In this document: one piece after another, positions 35,045 through 45,559 of the stretch
How positions within the stretch are numbered: the first letter of the stretch is position 1
Layout: every line of letters starts with the position of its first letter
Source: Tetramitus jugosus
Taxonomy: Eukaryota; Protista; Heterolobosea
Reading direction: 5' to 3'
DNA: 64,000 bases
Assembly (NCBI GenBank): GCA_937625935.1
Contig: OW569365.1
Location: 437,658-501,657, forward strand
Program-made: the position numbers and the translations under genes
Notes under the pieces: generated by a model
Told to the model about the DNA's origin: nothing
What the model saw: the letters and a program-made list of their open reading frames with translations, nothing else
Database searches by the model: none

Positions 35045-36949
35045 CTACAGTATTTCCTCAAATTTTGTTGGCATTTGATTGGAGATGAAACTATACAGCG
35101 TCATGTTTTGTTGGTTGTTGTTGGTCAGTGCAATGATTTGACTGTGGCCATCGAATGCCAAGCTTGTCACACCAGATGCGTTAACGGAACATACTGGTGG
35201 ATGGAACTCGTGAGCCAGCGATTCTTCCTCGTTGCTCAAGTTCCACATCATGAGACGAGTTTGAGTTTTCGATCCAGTGATACAGTATTTAGGATTGATA
35301 ACTACCAGGCCACTCATGTTGTGACTGGAGCCGCTTGGGAGTCTCCGAACTTGAAATACTTTCAACGAGCCAGCATCTATCCATATGACCTCATCATTCA
35401 TCAGGGAGACAACAACAAACTTTTTGCATGCTGAGAGTACGAGGTTCAAAATTGGAGAACTCAAGTTTTCAGTCATGACAGATTTCAGATCATATGTATC
35501 TGTCAGTCTAAACGCATGGATGGTATTTTCGAGCTGGGAAATACTCCAAATTGTGGAATCGACACAAAGAATTGTTGTCACGGCTGATTCTTGCACTTTG
35601 GTTGACTGGAGAAGTTCTGACGAAGATGCTCTGTAACAATGAATATATCCCGTTTCATCTCCACACACAAGAGTATCATCACCAAGCATTGCAAGGCTAG
35701 TGATGTTGTGTTTGGTGATAATGGCATCATCAATTAGCTCTATTCCTTTCATCTCATTGACCTTCAACTGGTGTACCAAATTCCCTTGAGTCGATACGAA
35801 GAGTCGCCTGAGAGCTACAGAGGAACACATTGACAAGATATCTTCAGGGAACTGAATAAATTTTTCAACAGCACATCGATTATACATGAGATACATATGA
35901 ACGAGATGTTTCGTGGCTGCGAATGCTTGACGCTTGTCGTAGAAATGAACAATTCTGGATCGGTCATATCCTGAGGCATCCATTGTATGCACTCTATATC
36001 GATTACCAACATTATCGTGCTCATCTGTCCTGATATACGTAGGTGGATTCGTTAGATCCGAGTAATTGTTAGAATAAAGTCTGGAAAGAGGAAGATGTCC
36101 TGGATTCCTCACCGGTTTGTCCACGTAGACACTGAAGGCAATATCGAATCTTGTTGGAGCATATACTGTACGGTATGGTGATATACACTGAGAAGTACCC
36201 ATAGCTGAGGCTGCATCCGACTGATCACAACGAATGATCGACACTCCATTCTGGATGCATAGATTTTCGAATAACCTCGACATTGAACTCAATGCCACGC
36301 CCCATGCGGCCGTAACAGAGGAGTGGTTCATCTGCTTTAACGCGCGAGATGCAATAAAGGTTGGATTGAAAATAATCACCGGATTGTACTCCAATGTCTC
36401 CTTTAGACAATCCTGATTCTCAATATCGAAGCAAATCATTACTGCCACTCTTCCCAATGCAGTTTCATAGATACCGACTCTATCACCACTGCCCATGCGA
36501 GGATGATAAGTCACATTCTTTCTTTTTCGATATGACCCAAGTATGGTTCCATCTCGATCAATGAAGACTGCAGTGTTGTACATCTTCTGACTCTGCGAAC
36601 AAAATTCGTTCAGTGTTCCCACGATACCATACACTTGATACTTACCCAAAACAGACGCAATGTTCTTTAATTCTCGATTGATATCGAGGTTAATAGAAGC
36701 ATTTTGCGACTGGTGATAGTTCTCTGGCAGCATGAGAAAATCTGGTGCTCTTCCATCTTGTTTCATGGACAGTTGGATATGATGTTCGACAAATGCTCCG
36801 TCATCCACAAAGTTATTGGGTTTGCATCCTTGAATGATCAGAATCTTCAAGTCATTGTACTTGTGGTTGTGTTGAGCCCACGCGACATGTTCTTGCACGG
36901 AGCCAGATGAGACAATATGCAGGGGATTGACCTGGGTTGAAGGAAACAT
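35045..36949 (-). CDS. Carbon-nitrogen hydrolase (nitrilase family) fused to C-terminal WD40-like repeats
   Basis: E-K-C triad motifs MLPENY, YRKRK and MICFDIE, plus MYNTAVFIDRDG. C-terminal repeats such as ITSLAML…LVCGDETGYIHCY. First ATG is at 36949 (the ORF track starts at an upstream TTG). Confidence 0.75.
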   Translation of the reverse strand: MFPSTQVNPLHIVSSGSVQEHVAWAQHNHKYNDLKILIIQGCKPNNFVDDGAFVEHHIQLSMKQDGRAPDFLMLPENYHQSQNASINLDINRELKNIASVLGKYQVYGIVGTLNEFCSQSQKMYNTAVFIDRDGTILGSYRKRKNVTYHPRMGSGDRVGIYETALGRVAVMICFDIENQDCLKETLEYNPVIIFNPTFIASRALKQMNHSSVTAAWGVALSSMSRLFENLCIQNGVSIIRCDQSDAASAMGTSQCISPYRTVYAPTRFDIAFSVYVDKPVRNPGHLPLSRLYSNNYSDLTNPPTYIRTDEHDNVGNRYRVHTMDASGYDRSRIVHFYDKRQAFAATKHLVHMYLMYNRCAVEKFIQFPEDILSMCSSVALRRLFVSTQGNLVHQLKVNEMKGIELIDDAIITKHNITSLAMLGDDTLVCGDETGYIHCYRASSSELLQSTKVQESAVTTILCVDSTIWSISQLENTIHAFRLTDTYDLKSVMTENLSSPILNLVLSACKKFVVVSLMNDEVIWIDAGSLKVFQVRRLPSGSSHNMSGLVVINPKYCITGSKTQTRLMMWNLSNEEESLAHEFHPPVCSVNASGVTSLAFDGHSQIIALTNNNQQNMTLYSFISNQMPTKFEEIL

Positions 36950-37230
36950 GGATAGATAGTTCGACTGGATTTGTGAATGCTGAGGTTCCAGATGGCCAGG
37001 CTTTCTTTGCTTTTTCTGAACAGAGGTGGCTGTTCGCGCCAATTATCAATTGGAACAATCCATAGTTCAGAGCGAGTTCCCGACATCTGGAGTTTTCCAA
37101 TCTAAAAAAAACATTTCTGCGCAGATCCTCCGATTCGAAAACTTGGACAGTCCGATATTAGCCCTCATGCAACCAATCTGAAAGCCACTGAAAAAGAAAG
37201 CACCCGGCTCACAACATCACGATCATCAAC

Positions 37231-38252
37231 ATGGGCAATAGCAACACTCGTTACAACTCTAGTACAACTGCTGATCAGGTACTCGAAGGAAAGAACCTGA
37301 CCAATGAATACTTTTTAGTCACTGGTTCATCCAGTGGAATCGTAAGTGTTTTACAATTTTTACAATTTTTACAATTTTTCCAAGCAATTAACAAAATTTG
37401 TTGAAAAAATCGTAGGGCGAAGAAACAGCTCGTACACTGTTCAATCACTGTGCCACTGTTGTCATGGCCAGTCGTAGCAAAGAACGACTCGAAGAAGCAG
37501 AGAAGCGCATCAAGGATCAGAATGAAAATCCATGTGGTAAGCTTTATGTGGAAGAGTTGGATCTCGGTTCCCTAAAGTCCATTGATCAATTCTCTCAGAG
37601 GTATCATGCCAAATATCCAAAGTTGAACGTGTTGATCAATAATGCTGGTCAAATGGTGCCTCCATTGTCCTACACGGAAGACGGGTTCGAAACACAGATG
37701 GGAATCAATCATTTTGGTCATTTTGCATTGACTCTCAAGTTGTTGGACATTATGAAGAAGACTTCGGAGCAGGACAAGAAGGAAGGCAGAGTGATCAATG
37801 TGAGTTCGTTGGCTCACACGTTTGGCACAATCAACTTTGATGATATGCACTACAAGAAGAGAGCTTATTCCAGTTGGCGTGCATATGGTCAAAGCAAAGT
37901 TGCCAATGTGTTGTTCACCAAGGAGTTGGACAAAAAGTTGAAGGAGTCCAATGTGAACATTACAACCAATTCACTCCATCCAGGAAGCATTGAAACTGAG
38001 CTACAAAGGAACTGCACAAGTTGGGGAGATCGCATTTTGTTGCTTCTGTCTTATCCTACATTTAAGAGCATTCCTCAGGGAGCAGCCACTCAAGTATACC
38101 TTGCAACAAGTGAGGACTTGAATGGTAAGAGCGGACTGTACTTTAGTGACTGTAACGAAAAGACTCCTTCCAAGCATGCTCAGGATGCTGATGTTTCAGC
38201 TAAATTGTTTGCTCACAGCGAGACTGTCACCAACACCAAATATCCTCTCTAA
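37231..38252 (+). CDS. Short-chain dehydrogenase/reductase (retinol dehydrogenase/WWOX-like); 2 exons
   Basis: TGSSSGI|GEETAR through intron 37342-37415 (GTAAGT…TAG). NNAG, NHFGHF, YGQSK and LHPG present; N-terminal MGNS. Confidence 0.92.
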
Positions 38253-38554
38253 AAGGAATAAACGCTATTGCGTTTGAAATTTCTTGAACCTTTCCTCTTT
38301 TAGTGCGACCAAAAGAGACTCTATTTTACTCCGAACTTGACATGGATGTCCGAGATGACAATTAACATCAGTTCCGTAATCTATTCGATGTGAGTGTCAT
38401 CCTAATGTGACATATCGCTGTGCTGAAGTCGACGTACTTTCGGTGCATAAAACAAAAGTGAAACAACGAACACTATCTCTTTAGGATCATCTATCCATCA
38501 TCAGCATCTTCTTTCAGGAACGGCCCCCATACCACCAGCACACGAACGTTTCTA

Positions 38555-40267
38555 ATGAAGACTCAAGGATACGATTTTGAGTTTGAGAGAGTGTTTGTTC
38601 ACCCCAAATGTTTTCCATTGTTTCTCTTCTTTGCTGAATCGGAATCCAATCAAGATATAGTTACAGCTTTCCTCAAGATTAATGTCATCCTCGCACTCAT
38701 CGTAACAACCACCGAAACAAGCCGCTTGAATCATGTCAGTACTCGTGCAGGACTAGATGATTCAAAATCCGAAGAAAATAGTGATTTATCAATGGCTAGA
38801 GCATACAACCACTTAAACACTGCCTTTTCAAATCACATCATGTATAAAATAGTTCAAAGAGAGGAGAACAGAGTGTATGGGGAGGCAATGGAAAGAATCA
38901 ATTGGCTTCTCCAACATCATGAAAAAGAATCAACAGAGGAAGGTCACTCCTCAACTTGTACAATAGCTCCAAACGATTCTAGTAGCCACACTATTGACAT
39001 CAAATTGAAACGGAATCGGCAAACAAGCCAAGACGGAACAAACTTCAGGTTGATAAGGAATCAGGCCTGGTACACCCCAATTCTTGGATCAATCATTGAT
39101 CAATATGTTAAGTGTTCCGCTCTTATTCGATTGTTCTTTACCAATCATACACGTCATCAACTCACCATTAGTCACAGTACCTGTACTGGAATGAATGAGT
39201 TGTATACCCAGTTGGATGATTACTTTTCACATGTACTGCCTCATCTCTTATGGGAGACCGATGAGCAGGAACTTCAACAGTGCCTTGATGTCATTAATAC
39301 CTATGCCGAAAACATATTTGTCCCTTGCAAATCTGTTCTAACAATTGTCATGCGAGACAATATTTTTGCTAGGTTCAAAAGATCTCAAATGTGGATCCAA
39401 CATGTCGAATCTTGCAGTATTGGTGTGCTGAATGAATTTGGGGAAGAGAAGTCTAAGTACACATTAGAACCCTTACTTGTCACACCTGAGGACCTGGAAA
39501 GAAAAGCCATTACAAACCGGGATGTCTCTCTGAACAAGATGCTGTTGAGAGATGATTACCACTGGGAGCCAATCCAACAAAGGAAAAATAACATGTCCAT
39601 CTATTTCTCGAGATTTAATACAATGAGTGATGATTGCGTTAGTGAACATGGGTATTTCCATGCGTTCAAAATTACTTATCCACTGAAGATGAACGCCAAG
39701 TTACTCACTCAACAATTTATATCGAAAAAACTTATGACAAAGATGTCAACGGAGAAGATTGAAAGCATTGATTATTTGTCTGGATCGGGAGATAAGGATA
39801 TCAATGATCCTGAGTTTCAGTATCCAACCTCGGTTGTTTATCAAGGGCCACTTGGATCCGCACTTCTAAAGCGCGAGTACATCAAGAGTTGCACTGCCTT
39901 TTACGACAAGGACCTGAAATCCTACCTATACATATACAAGAGCTGTGAGAGCGATGAGTACAAACATCACCTGCAAAACTATGTAAGAGCATTGTCGTTC
40001 GGAGTGGCATGTTTTACAGATATTGGAGACGACCAGTGTTATTATACGAGCGTGTTTCTGGTCAATTCAGGTGGTATTTTGCGGAACAGGCGAACTTATC
40101 CTTCCTTGTTTGAACGATGGACTATTACTAGGTTCTTGAAACGACTGATTTCAAGGATGGATCGACTCGATCCAAATGAAAGAGAGATTGACGATGACTT
40201 ACGACTGATGCAAACACTCCATGAACACAGCGCGCTTGTGGGAGATAATCCAAAGAATCAACAATGA
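38555..40267 (+). CDS. RGS domain (with insertions) + START/SRPBCC-like protein
   Basis: FLFFAESESNQD…IIDQYV…LTISH…IFVPCK…RDNIFARFKRS. C-terminal LLKREYIKSC…YIYKSC…VRA…LVNSGG. Confidence 0.65.
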   Translation: MKTQGYDFEFERVFVHPKCFPLFLFFAESESNQDIVTAFLKINVILALIVTTTETSRLNHVSTRAGLDDSKSEENSDLSMARAYNHLNTAFSNHIMYKIVQREENRVYGEAMERINWLLQHHEKESTEEGHSSTCTIAPNDSSSHTIDIKLKRNRQTSQDGTNFRLIRNQAWYTPILGSIIDQYVKCSALIRLFFTNHTRHQLTISHSTCTGMNELYTQLDDYFSHVLPHLLWETDEQELQQCLDVINTYAENIFVPCKSVLTIVMRDNIFARFKRSQMWIQHVESCSIGVLNEFGEEKSKYTLEPLLVTPEDLERKAITNRDVSLNKMLLRDDYHWEPIQQRKNNMSIYFSRFNTMSDDCVSEHGYFHAFKITYPLKMNAKLLTQQFISKKLMTKMSTEKIESIDYLSGSGDKDINDPEFQYPTSVVYQGPLGSALLKREYIKSCTAFYDKDLKSYLYIYKSCESDEYKHHLQNYVRALSFGVACFTDIGDDQCYYTSVFLVNSGGILRNRRTYPSLFERWTITRFLKRLISRMDRLDPNEREIDDDLRLMQTLHEHSALVGDNPKNQQ

Positions 40268-40280
40268 AAACAACTTCTTT

Positions 40281-43200
40281 TTATTTGTTGTTGAGCTTCG
40301 TTGAGCAAATTAGCATCAACTTTTCGGATGGCTTATCATCGGGATGGTCCTTCAAGAACTGTGCAAACTTTGCATTTGCTTCTTTGTAGTTGTTTACACG
40401 ATAATCCTCGAATGCTTCTCTGTACAATACCCAAGGATCCCTTGATTGATTATTTGGGTTAATATCTTCTGCCCATGCATCTTGGGATTTGGCCTCACCC
40501 ATCTCATACATCTCGACACCACCAAGTTCGAACATTGGACGCATGACATATTGATCGGCCATCGCTTCATACATCTCCTTTGACACCAAAATTTCAGTTC
40601 CCCATTCGTAGTTTGCTTCACTGAACACACCAGAATGCTTGGCAGGCAGACCAACAACAGTAAATATCTTTGTACTATCAGAACCAATGTTACCATAGTA
40701 GGCAACACCTGAAGCAACACCAACGACAACATTCATGGTTGGCAATCCTCTGTTTGTCCAATCTGCATTCAATTTGGTCATCCGGGACCTGATGCTCTCG
40801 GCTGTTGTACATGCTCTATTCAAATGATCATTTTGCCTAATGAAGGAGTTCCAAACGACAACTGCCTTGGATGATGATATGGTCACAAATTGACCATTTG
40901 ATTCTCTGATGGACTCCTTCAATTGAATCAAAACGTCCTTGGTTGTCTCGGAGATATCATTTGCTGAGTGTTGCTCAAGGATATCTGTTAGGTCAGGCAA
41001 TGTAACTGTGAGTACAGTTACATGACCACTGGTCAGAGCAGATTTAAGAGCTCTATTCACGATGCCCTGAGGTTCAATCACTCCCACCCCGATGGATCCT
41101 CCCTGGTTACTTGATGAAGTATCTCCCAATGAGGAGAGGTTTTCATTTGATTTGACAGATGTCATCCCTTGATCCTTTGGCCCGTGACCAAACTCAGCTT
41201 CGAGAACTGTGAGGATGTGATCTGGAATAAACTGTCTATATTGTTTCAATCTCTTCACCATCGCAGCGAATGATGTCTGTAATGCACTCATTTCAGTGAA
41301 TCTGGAGGTATTCATCTTCAAGCTCTTCTCGACCTTTTCCAGTTGAAGAACCTTAATGTCATTAGCTTGTTGAATGAGAACTAATAGTGGATTCATGAAG
41401 AGTCTTGATGCAATAGCAGCTACCAATAAACTGACAACTAACAACAGGAGAGTTACACCGATCATAACACCCAAACTCACATAAAACTGTCTGTAAAATC
41501 TTGACATTGGAACTGTTTGGAGTACGAGCCAGTCGAAGCCATATTCATCACGAATACCACCGATGTTAATTGCTTGATAGCTTCCTTTGAATAGGTATTT
41601 ATCGAACACATGGCCTTCTCCGATTTTTGGCATTGTGGATCCACCATATCTGGATCGAGCAAACTTGAGCATTGTGGACAACTTCTTGTTCTCTCCAGTT
41701 GTTCCATCGTATCGAATAGCATTAAAGTTGTCTTGTTTGTACAGTGGAACTTCCTGATCGCTCACACCTATCAAGTATCCAGTTCTTCTCTCAATAATCA
41801 CAATTAAACTATTATCATCCTGTGCCTTGGTGTACAAAAACTTGTTAATGGAATCAGTAGTGGCATCAACTGCAAAGAATCCAATAAAATCATTGGTGAT
41901 TGGCTCTCTCCTAACGAATAGAAGTGTGATATACAGATATCCTGAGAAAATACCATTCACATAAGAATCAGTCCAAACAGTTGAGTTTGATTTCTTTGCA
42001 TCATTCAAAAACACATAGGCATCAATGTCTTCTTGTCGAATAGGTGCTGTTGAATTGGGAAAGGTTAATGCTTCGCTCCAACTGGTATTACTGGTGTTTG
42101 GAACATCAATGAAGTAACTCAGATATGGATCATCATAAGCATCAGCAATCAATAACTGGTCTCCACCTCCTGCAATCACTCCAGATACAGCTCCATTAGC
42201 CAAACCACAATAAGTCGCAGAAAGCAAAGGAACTCGCTTGTAATTGGCTTGATAAACTGTGTAACTGAATTCTAGAACCTGTAGTCTACTCGATATATTA
42301 AATCTACTATTCATTTGCGTATCAGCAGTAATACCGAGAGTAGTAATCTCATGAATACTCAACTTAATATGATTCACAACTTCTTCAAACGATCGAACTC
42401 TGATTTGCCTGGCATTGGCAGCAATATTGCTTGTGAAAAAGCCAATGGAGATGGCTGCAATCGCAACAATACATAAGAAAGCTATTGATGAAATAATGAT
42501 CATCAACACTGTACTCAAACTGTTGCAGCATGCTGTTACTTTCCCTTGTTCTTTCTCTGCTTCCTCGCCTCTATTGGTGGCTTTCAGTGTTGCACCATAA
42601 GATGTTAAAAGAGTCATCATCTCCTTGTCCTTTGCATTCATTGCATAGTAAAGTGGGGTATTCATATGAGCATCTCCCTCGTCCACACTGACTTCCACAC
42701 ACTGACACAAGAATTGGACTAAATCCATTCTAGAATTCTTTACTGCCAAAATCAACGGCGTGTCACCATCTCTGTCTGCACTGTTGAGCATAGACACAAC
42801 TTGATTTGAGGTTAAATCTCCAATCGTTAAATTCTTAAAGATGATGAGCAAATTATCAAATAAGCCATCTGCAGCTACAGTATGGACAATGTTTCGTCCC
42901 ATTGTGTTCACACTGATCAACAACTTGGACAGTCCATTACCGGCATACTTGGACGAAATGTATTCTGAAACATCTGGATGGAGCAGAGCGCTGGATAAGA
43001 TGTTCTCTTCATCATTGTTTCTTCGATGCACAGAAGCATTGCACCTCTCTATCAAGAACTTGACAGCATGTAAGTCACCGTCTTGACACATTGTGTGTAG
43101 TACGGTTAATCCCTTGGTACCTCTGGCATGAACATCCAATCCACCATGAGAGATCAACAACTCTGCAATCGAGTAATTCTTATTCTTGAGACACAGTAGA

Positions 43201-44066
43201 AGAGCACTCTTGTTGTACGCGTCCTTTGCGTTAATATTAACAGACACTTGAGAGAGCAACCAACCCACAGCTTCTTCGCTATTGTGGGCACAAGCGTACA
43301 ACAGAGGAGTGGATGATATGGAATCGACCACATTTAGATTGATATTTGGTCTATATCGGAACAAATAGTCCATGCATGAAACTTTGTTTCTTTGGGCCAG
43401 CAAGTGCATCAATGAACAGTCATGATACTCCTTATCTCTGACATCTTCTAACCTGTAGCTCGAAGAGTGGGCCGATGCAGTCCGAGAAGATGTTTTTTCA
43501 TGTGGATGAGGCACAGAGAGTTGAACCTCGTCAACCAATCCAGTACTTGTACTCAACAACGACTCTGCGCCATTGTCCATGCTTCCAATACTGACATTTT
43601 GACTTCGTTCCGATTCCTCTTGAGAAGCAATCCAATCTACGACCAACAATTGCTCAAAGAGTTGCATCGATGTTTCATCTGAACCGTTCTTTGCTGCGAA
43701 CAACAACTTTTCCTTGAAAGATTTCGCGTTCGTGTTCATTTCTTGAATCAGTTCATCCAAGGATCGTTGATCCTTCTCCGCGTCCTGGTTGACAGTAGTC
43801 TGGTGTATTTTACTTGAACTGGGTTGCAAGAGCTTGACATCCATGTTCTTTGTCCATTGTTGAACAACAATAGGGAAGTCACTCCTGTTATTATTGTTCG
43901 TTGATTTCATGCGGTGGTTGCTGAATCGAGTGGGACTTGAGGATCGGGTGGGACTCTGTGGTGGACTGGTATTAGTATAGTTGGCTTGTTGTTGACTTGA
44001 CATGACGGCTTCCTTGTTGTTCTCATTCAGTTCAATCGCAACCTCTAGTTGAGTAGAAGTGACCAT
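40281..44066 (-). CDS. Ankyrin repeat - TM - Cache-like - TM - HAMP - class III cyclase-like receptor
   Basis: Ankyrin motifs (TPLLYAC, DGDTPLILAV, NTPLYYA), two TMs flanking WTDSY…GFFAVD, HAMP-like FTEMSALQTSFAAM, and GVASGVAYYGNIGS. Confidence 0.8.
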   Translation of the reverse strand: MVTSTQLEVAIELNENNKEAVMSSQQQANYTNTSPPQSPTRSSSPTRFSNHRMKSTNNNNRSDFPIVVQQWTKNMDVKLLQPSSSKIHQTTVNQDAEKDQRSLDELIQEMNTNAKSFKEKLLFAAKNGSDETSMQLFEQLLVVDWIASQEESERSQNVSIGSMDNGAESLLSTSTGLVDEVQLSVPHPHEKTSSRTASAHSSSYRLEDVRDKEYHDCSLMHLLAQRNKVSCMDYLFRYRPNINLNVVDSISSTPLLYACAHNSEEAVGWLLSQVSVNINAKDAYNKSALLLCLKNKNYSIAELLISHGGLDVHARGTKGLTVLHTMCQDGDLHAVKFLIERCNASVHRRNNDEENILSSALLHPDVSEYISSKYAGNGLSKLLISVNTMGRNIVHTVAADGLFDNLLIIFKNLTIGDLTSNQVVSMLNSADRDGDTPLILAVKNSRMDLVQFLCQCVEVSVDEGDAHMNTPLYYAMNAKDKEMMTLLTSYGATLKATNRGEEAEKEQGKVTACCNSLSTVLMIIISSIAFLCIVAIAAISIGFFTSNIAANARQIRVRSFEEVVNHIKLSIHEITTLGITADTQMNSRFNISSRLQVLEFSYTVYQANYKRVPLLSATYCGLANGAVSGVIAGGGDQLLIADAYDDPYLSYFIDVPNTSNTSWSEALTFPNSTAPIRQEDIDAYVFLNDAKKSNSTVWTDSYVNGIFSGYLYITLLFVRREPITNDFIGFFAVDATTDSINKFLYTKAQDDNSLIVIIERRTGYLIGVSDQEVPLYKQDNFNAIRYDGTTGENKKLSTMLKFARSRYGGSTMPKIGEGHVFDKYLFKGSYQAINIGGIRDEYGFDWLVLQTVPMSRFYRQFYVSLGVMIGVTLLLLVVSLLVAAIASRLFMNPLLVLIQQANDIKVLQLEKVEKSLKMNTSRFTEMSALQTSFAAMVKRLKQYRQFIPDHILTVLEAEFGHGPKDQGMTSVKSNENLSSLGDTSSSNQGGSIGVGVIEPQGIVNRALKSALTSGHVTVLTVTLPDLTDILEQHSANDISETTKDVLIQLKESIRESNGQFVTISSSKAVVVWNSFIRQNDHLNRACTTAESIRSRMTKLNADWTNRGLPTMNVVVGVASGVAYYGNIGSDSTKIFTVVGLPAKHSGVFSEANYEWGTEILVSKEMYEAMADQYVMRPMFELGGVEMYEMGEAKSQDAWAEDINPNNQSRDPWVLYREAFEDYRVNNYKEANAKFAQFLKDHPDDKPSEKLMLICSTKLNNK

Positions 44067-44505
44067 GGTAGTCAATAAGGTAGTAGTTAAGTCTTTGGGT
44101 TGTTGTTATTGGTTTGGAATTTGGATGCTTTTGAAAAGTTTCTGCTTCACACAAAGAGGGCAGCCGTTGTCTTCTTCTCGCAATCTTTCACCGAAGCCTC
44201 ACCACCTGTCACCTACACTTGGGTCATTAATGGAAGCGCTGATTGAGTCTTCACTAGGAATTGGTCCCCACTATTCCCTTTACGCACGGAACCTATATGT
44301 CGCATCTTCAATGACAAAGGTTTCATCACATGTGATAGGAGAGATTGGGGCGCGTAAGCACCTTTTGGGGAGAATGGTGCCCGACCGATTGGTCCTACGA
44401 ATCTCACGTGTTTGTCAACCATCAGACGTCTGAGCTAAATTTTAAGCACTATTCCGATTTTTTCACTTTGCTGATTCCAAGAGGTGTGGGTGTGCTGTTT
44501 ATTAA

Positions 44506-45348
44506 TTAGAAGGTGAAGCGGTAAGCAATGTACAGGAACAGCACAATCAACAATGCTAAAACATAGTACATGTAGGGGAAGGAAAACTGGTACAATTCTC
44601 GCAAATGACTCAGATAATGGATAATCACCTTGCTGCTCAGCTTACTGTATCCAAACAATCTGACACCAAACGCAAATGGAACTTCTTTGTGCTTCTTGAT
44701 ACCTGCTTTCACATACAGCTCAAGAGCAATCTTGAATCCAATAGGATTGACACCAGTTCTCTTTGCCCTTTCATAGGCTTCCCTTGTGATTGCAAAGAAG
44801 CCACTCATGGGGTCAGAGAGCGGAGTCAACGGGCGAGCCATGAGACGAGCAGTCTTGGAGATAAATCTACGGTATGCAGGCCAATTTTTGTCGACGCTCA
44901 TTTCTCCGCTTCCGTACCTTGTACCCAACACGAATTCTGCGGGAGAGGAAGCAGCCGAAGCCAAGTTCACACCGATCAATGCACGGAACATTGCGGGGAC
45001 AGCCTCTGGTGGATGCTGCAAATCAGCGTCCATACACATTAGATAGGTTCCCTTTGCCTCATCAAATCCGCGCAAAACAGCACTGCTCAGACCTCTGTCG
45101 GTCTTTCGGACAATAATGCGGGCATTTAGAGTTTTACCGACTTCATTCACGACTTCTTCGCTTCCGTCTTGTGAGTTGTCATCAACGACGATCACTTCAG
45201 TGTTGTTGACCGTGAGTGAAGAAGGTTGTTGCTTGTTGCCTTGTTCACTTTCGATCGCAGCAAAAATTCTTGTAATGAGTTCCTTTAGATTTCCACATTC
45301 CTTGTACGTAGGAATAATGATGGAGGCAAGAGTGGTGTTGTTGGACAT
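44506..45348 (-). CDS. DPM1: Dolichol-phosphate mannosyltransferase (C-terminal TM type)
   Basis: SIIIPTYKE, VVDDNSQDG, GLSSAV, MDADLQHPPE, DPMSGFF, GFKIALEL; hydrophobic C-terminal tail. Confidence 0.9.
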   Translation of the reverse strand: MSNNTTLASIIIPTYKECGNLKELITRIFAAIESEQGNKQQPSSLTVNNTEVIVVDDNSQDGSEEVVNEVGKTLNARIIVRKTDRGLSSAVLRGFDEAKGTYLMCMDADLQHPPEAVPAMFRALIGVNLASAASSPAEFVLGTRYGSGEMSVDKNWPAYRRFISKTARLMARPLTPLSDPMSGFFAITREAYERAKRTGVNPIGFKIALELYVKAGIKKHKEVPFAFGVRLFGYSKLSSKVIIHYLSHLRELYQFSFPYMYYVLALLIVLFLYIAYRFTF

Positions 45349-45559
45349 TGTGATTCTACGATGCTTGAGAATGATTTATGATCAAACGTCCACAATCCGA
45401 GAGATGAAGGGAAGAGAACAGTTGGTTGGTGATGTCGTTTTGTGGACCCACCAAAAAAGAAATCAAGCTTGGGAATTGTCCGACAAAAAGGAAAATTTAC
45501 AGAAAAAGTAGTGTACAATACCACCAATGACTGATGATGTGTTCTTGTTGTTTGGTTTG

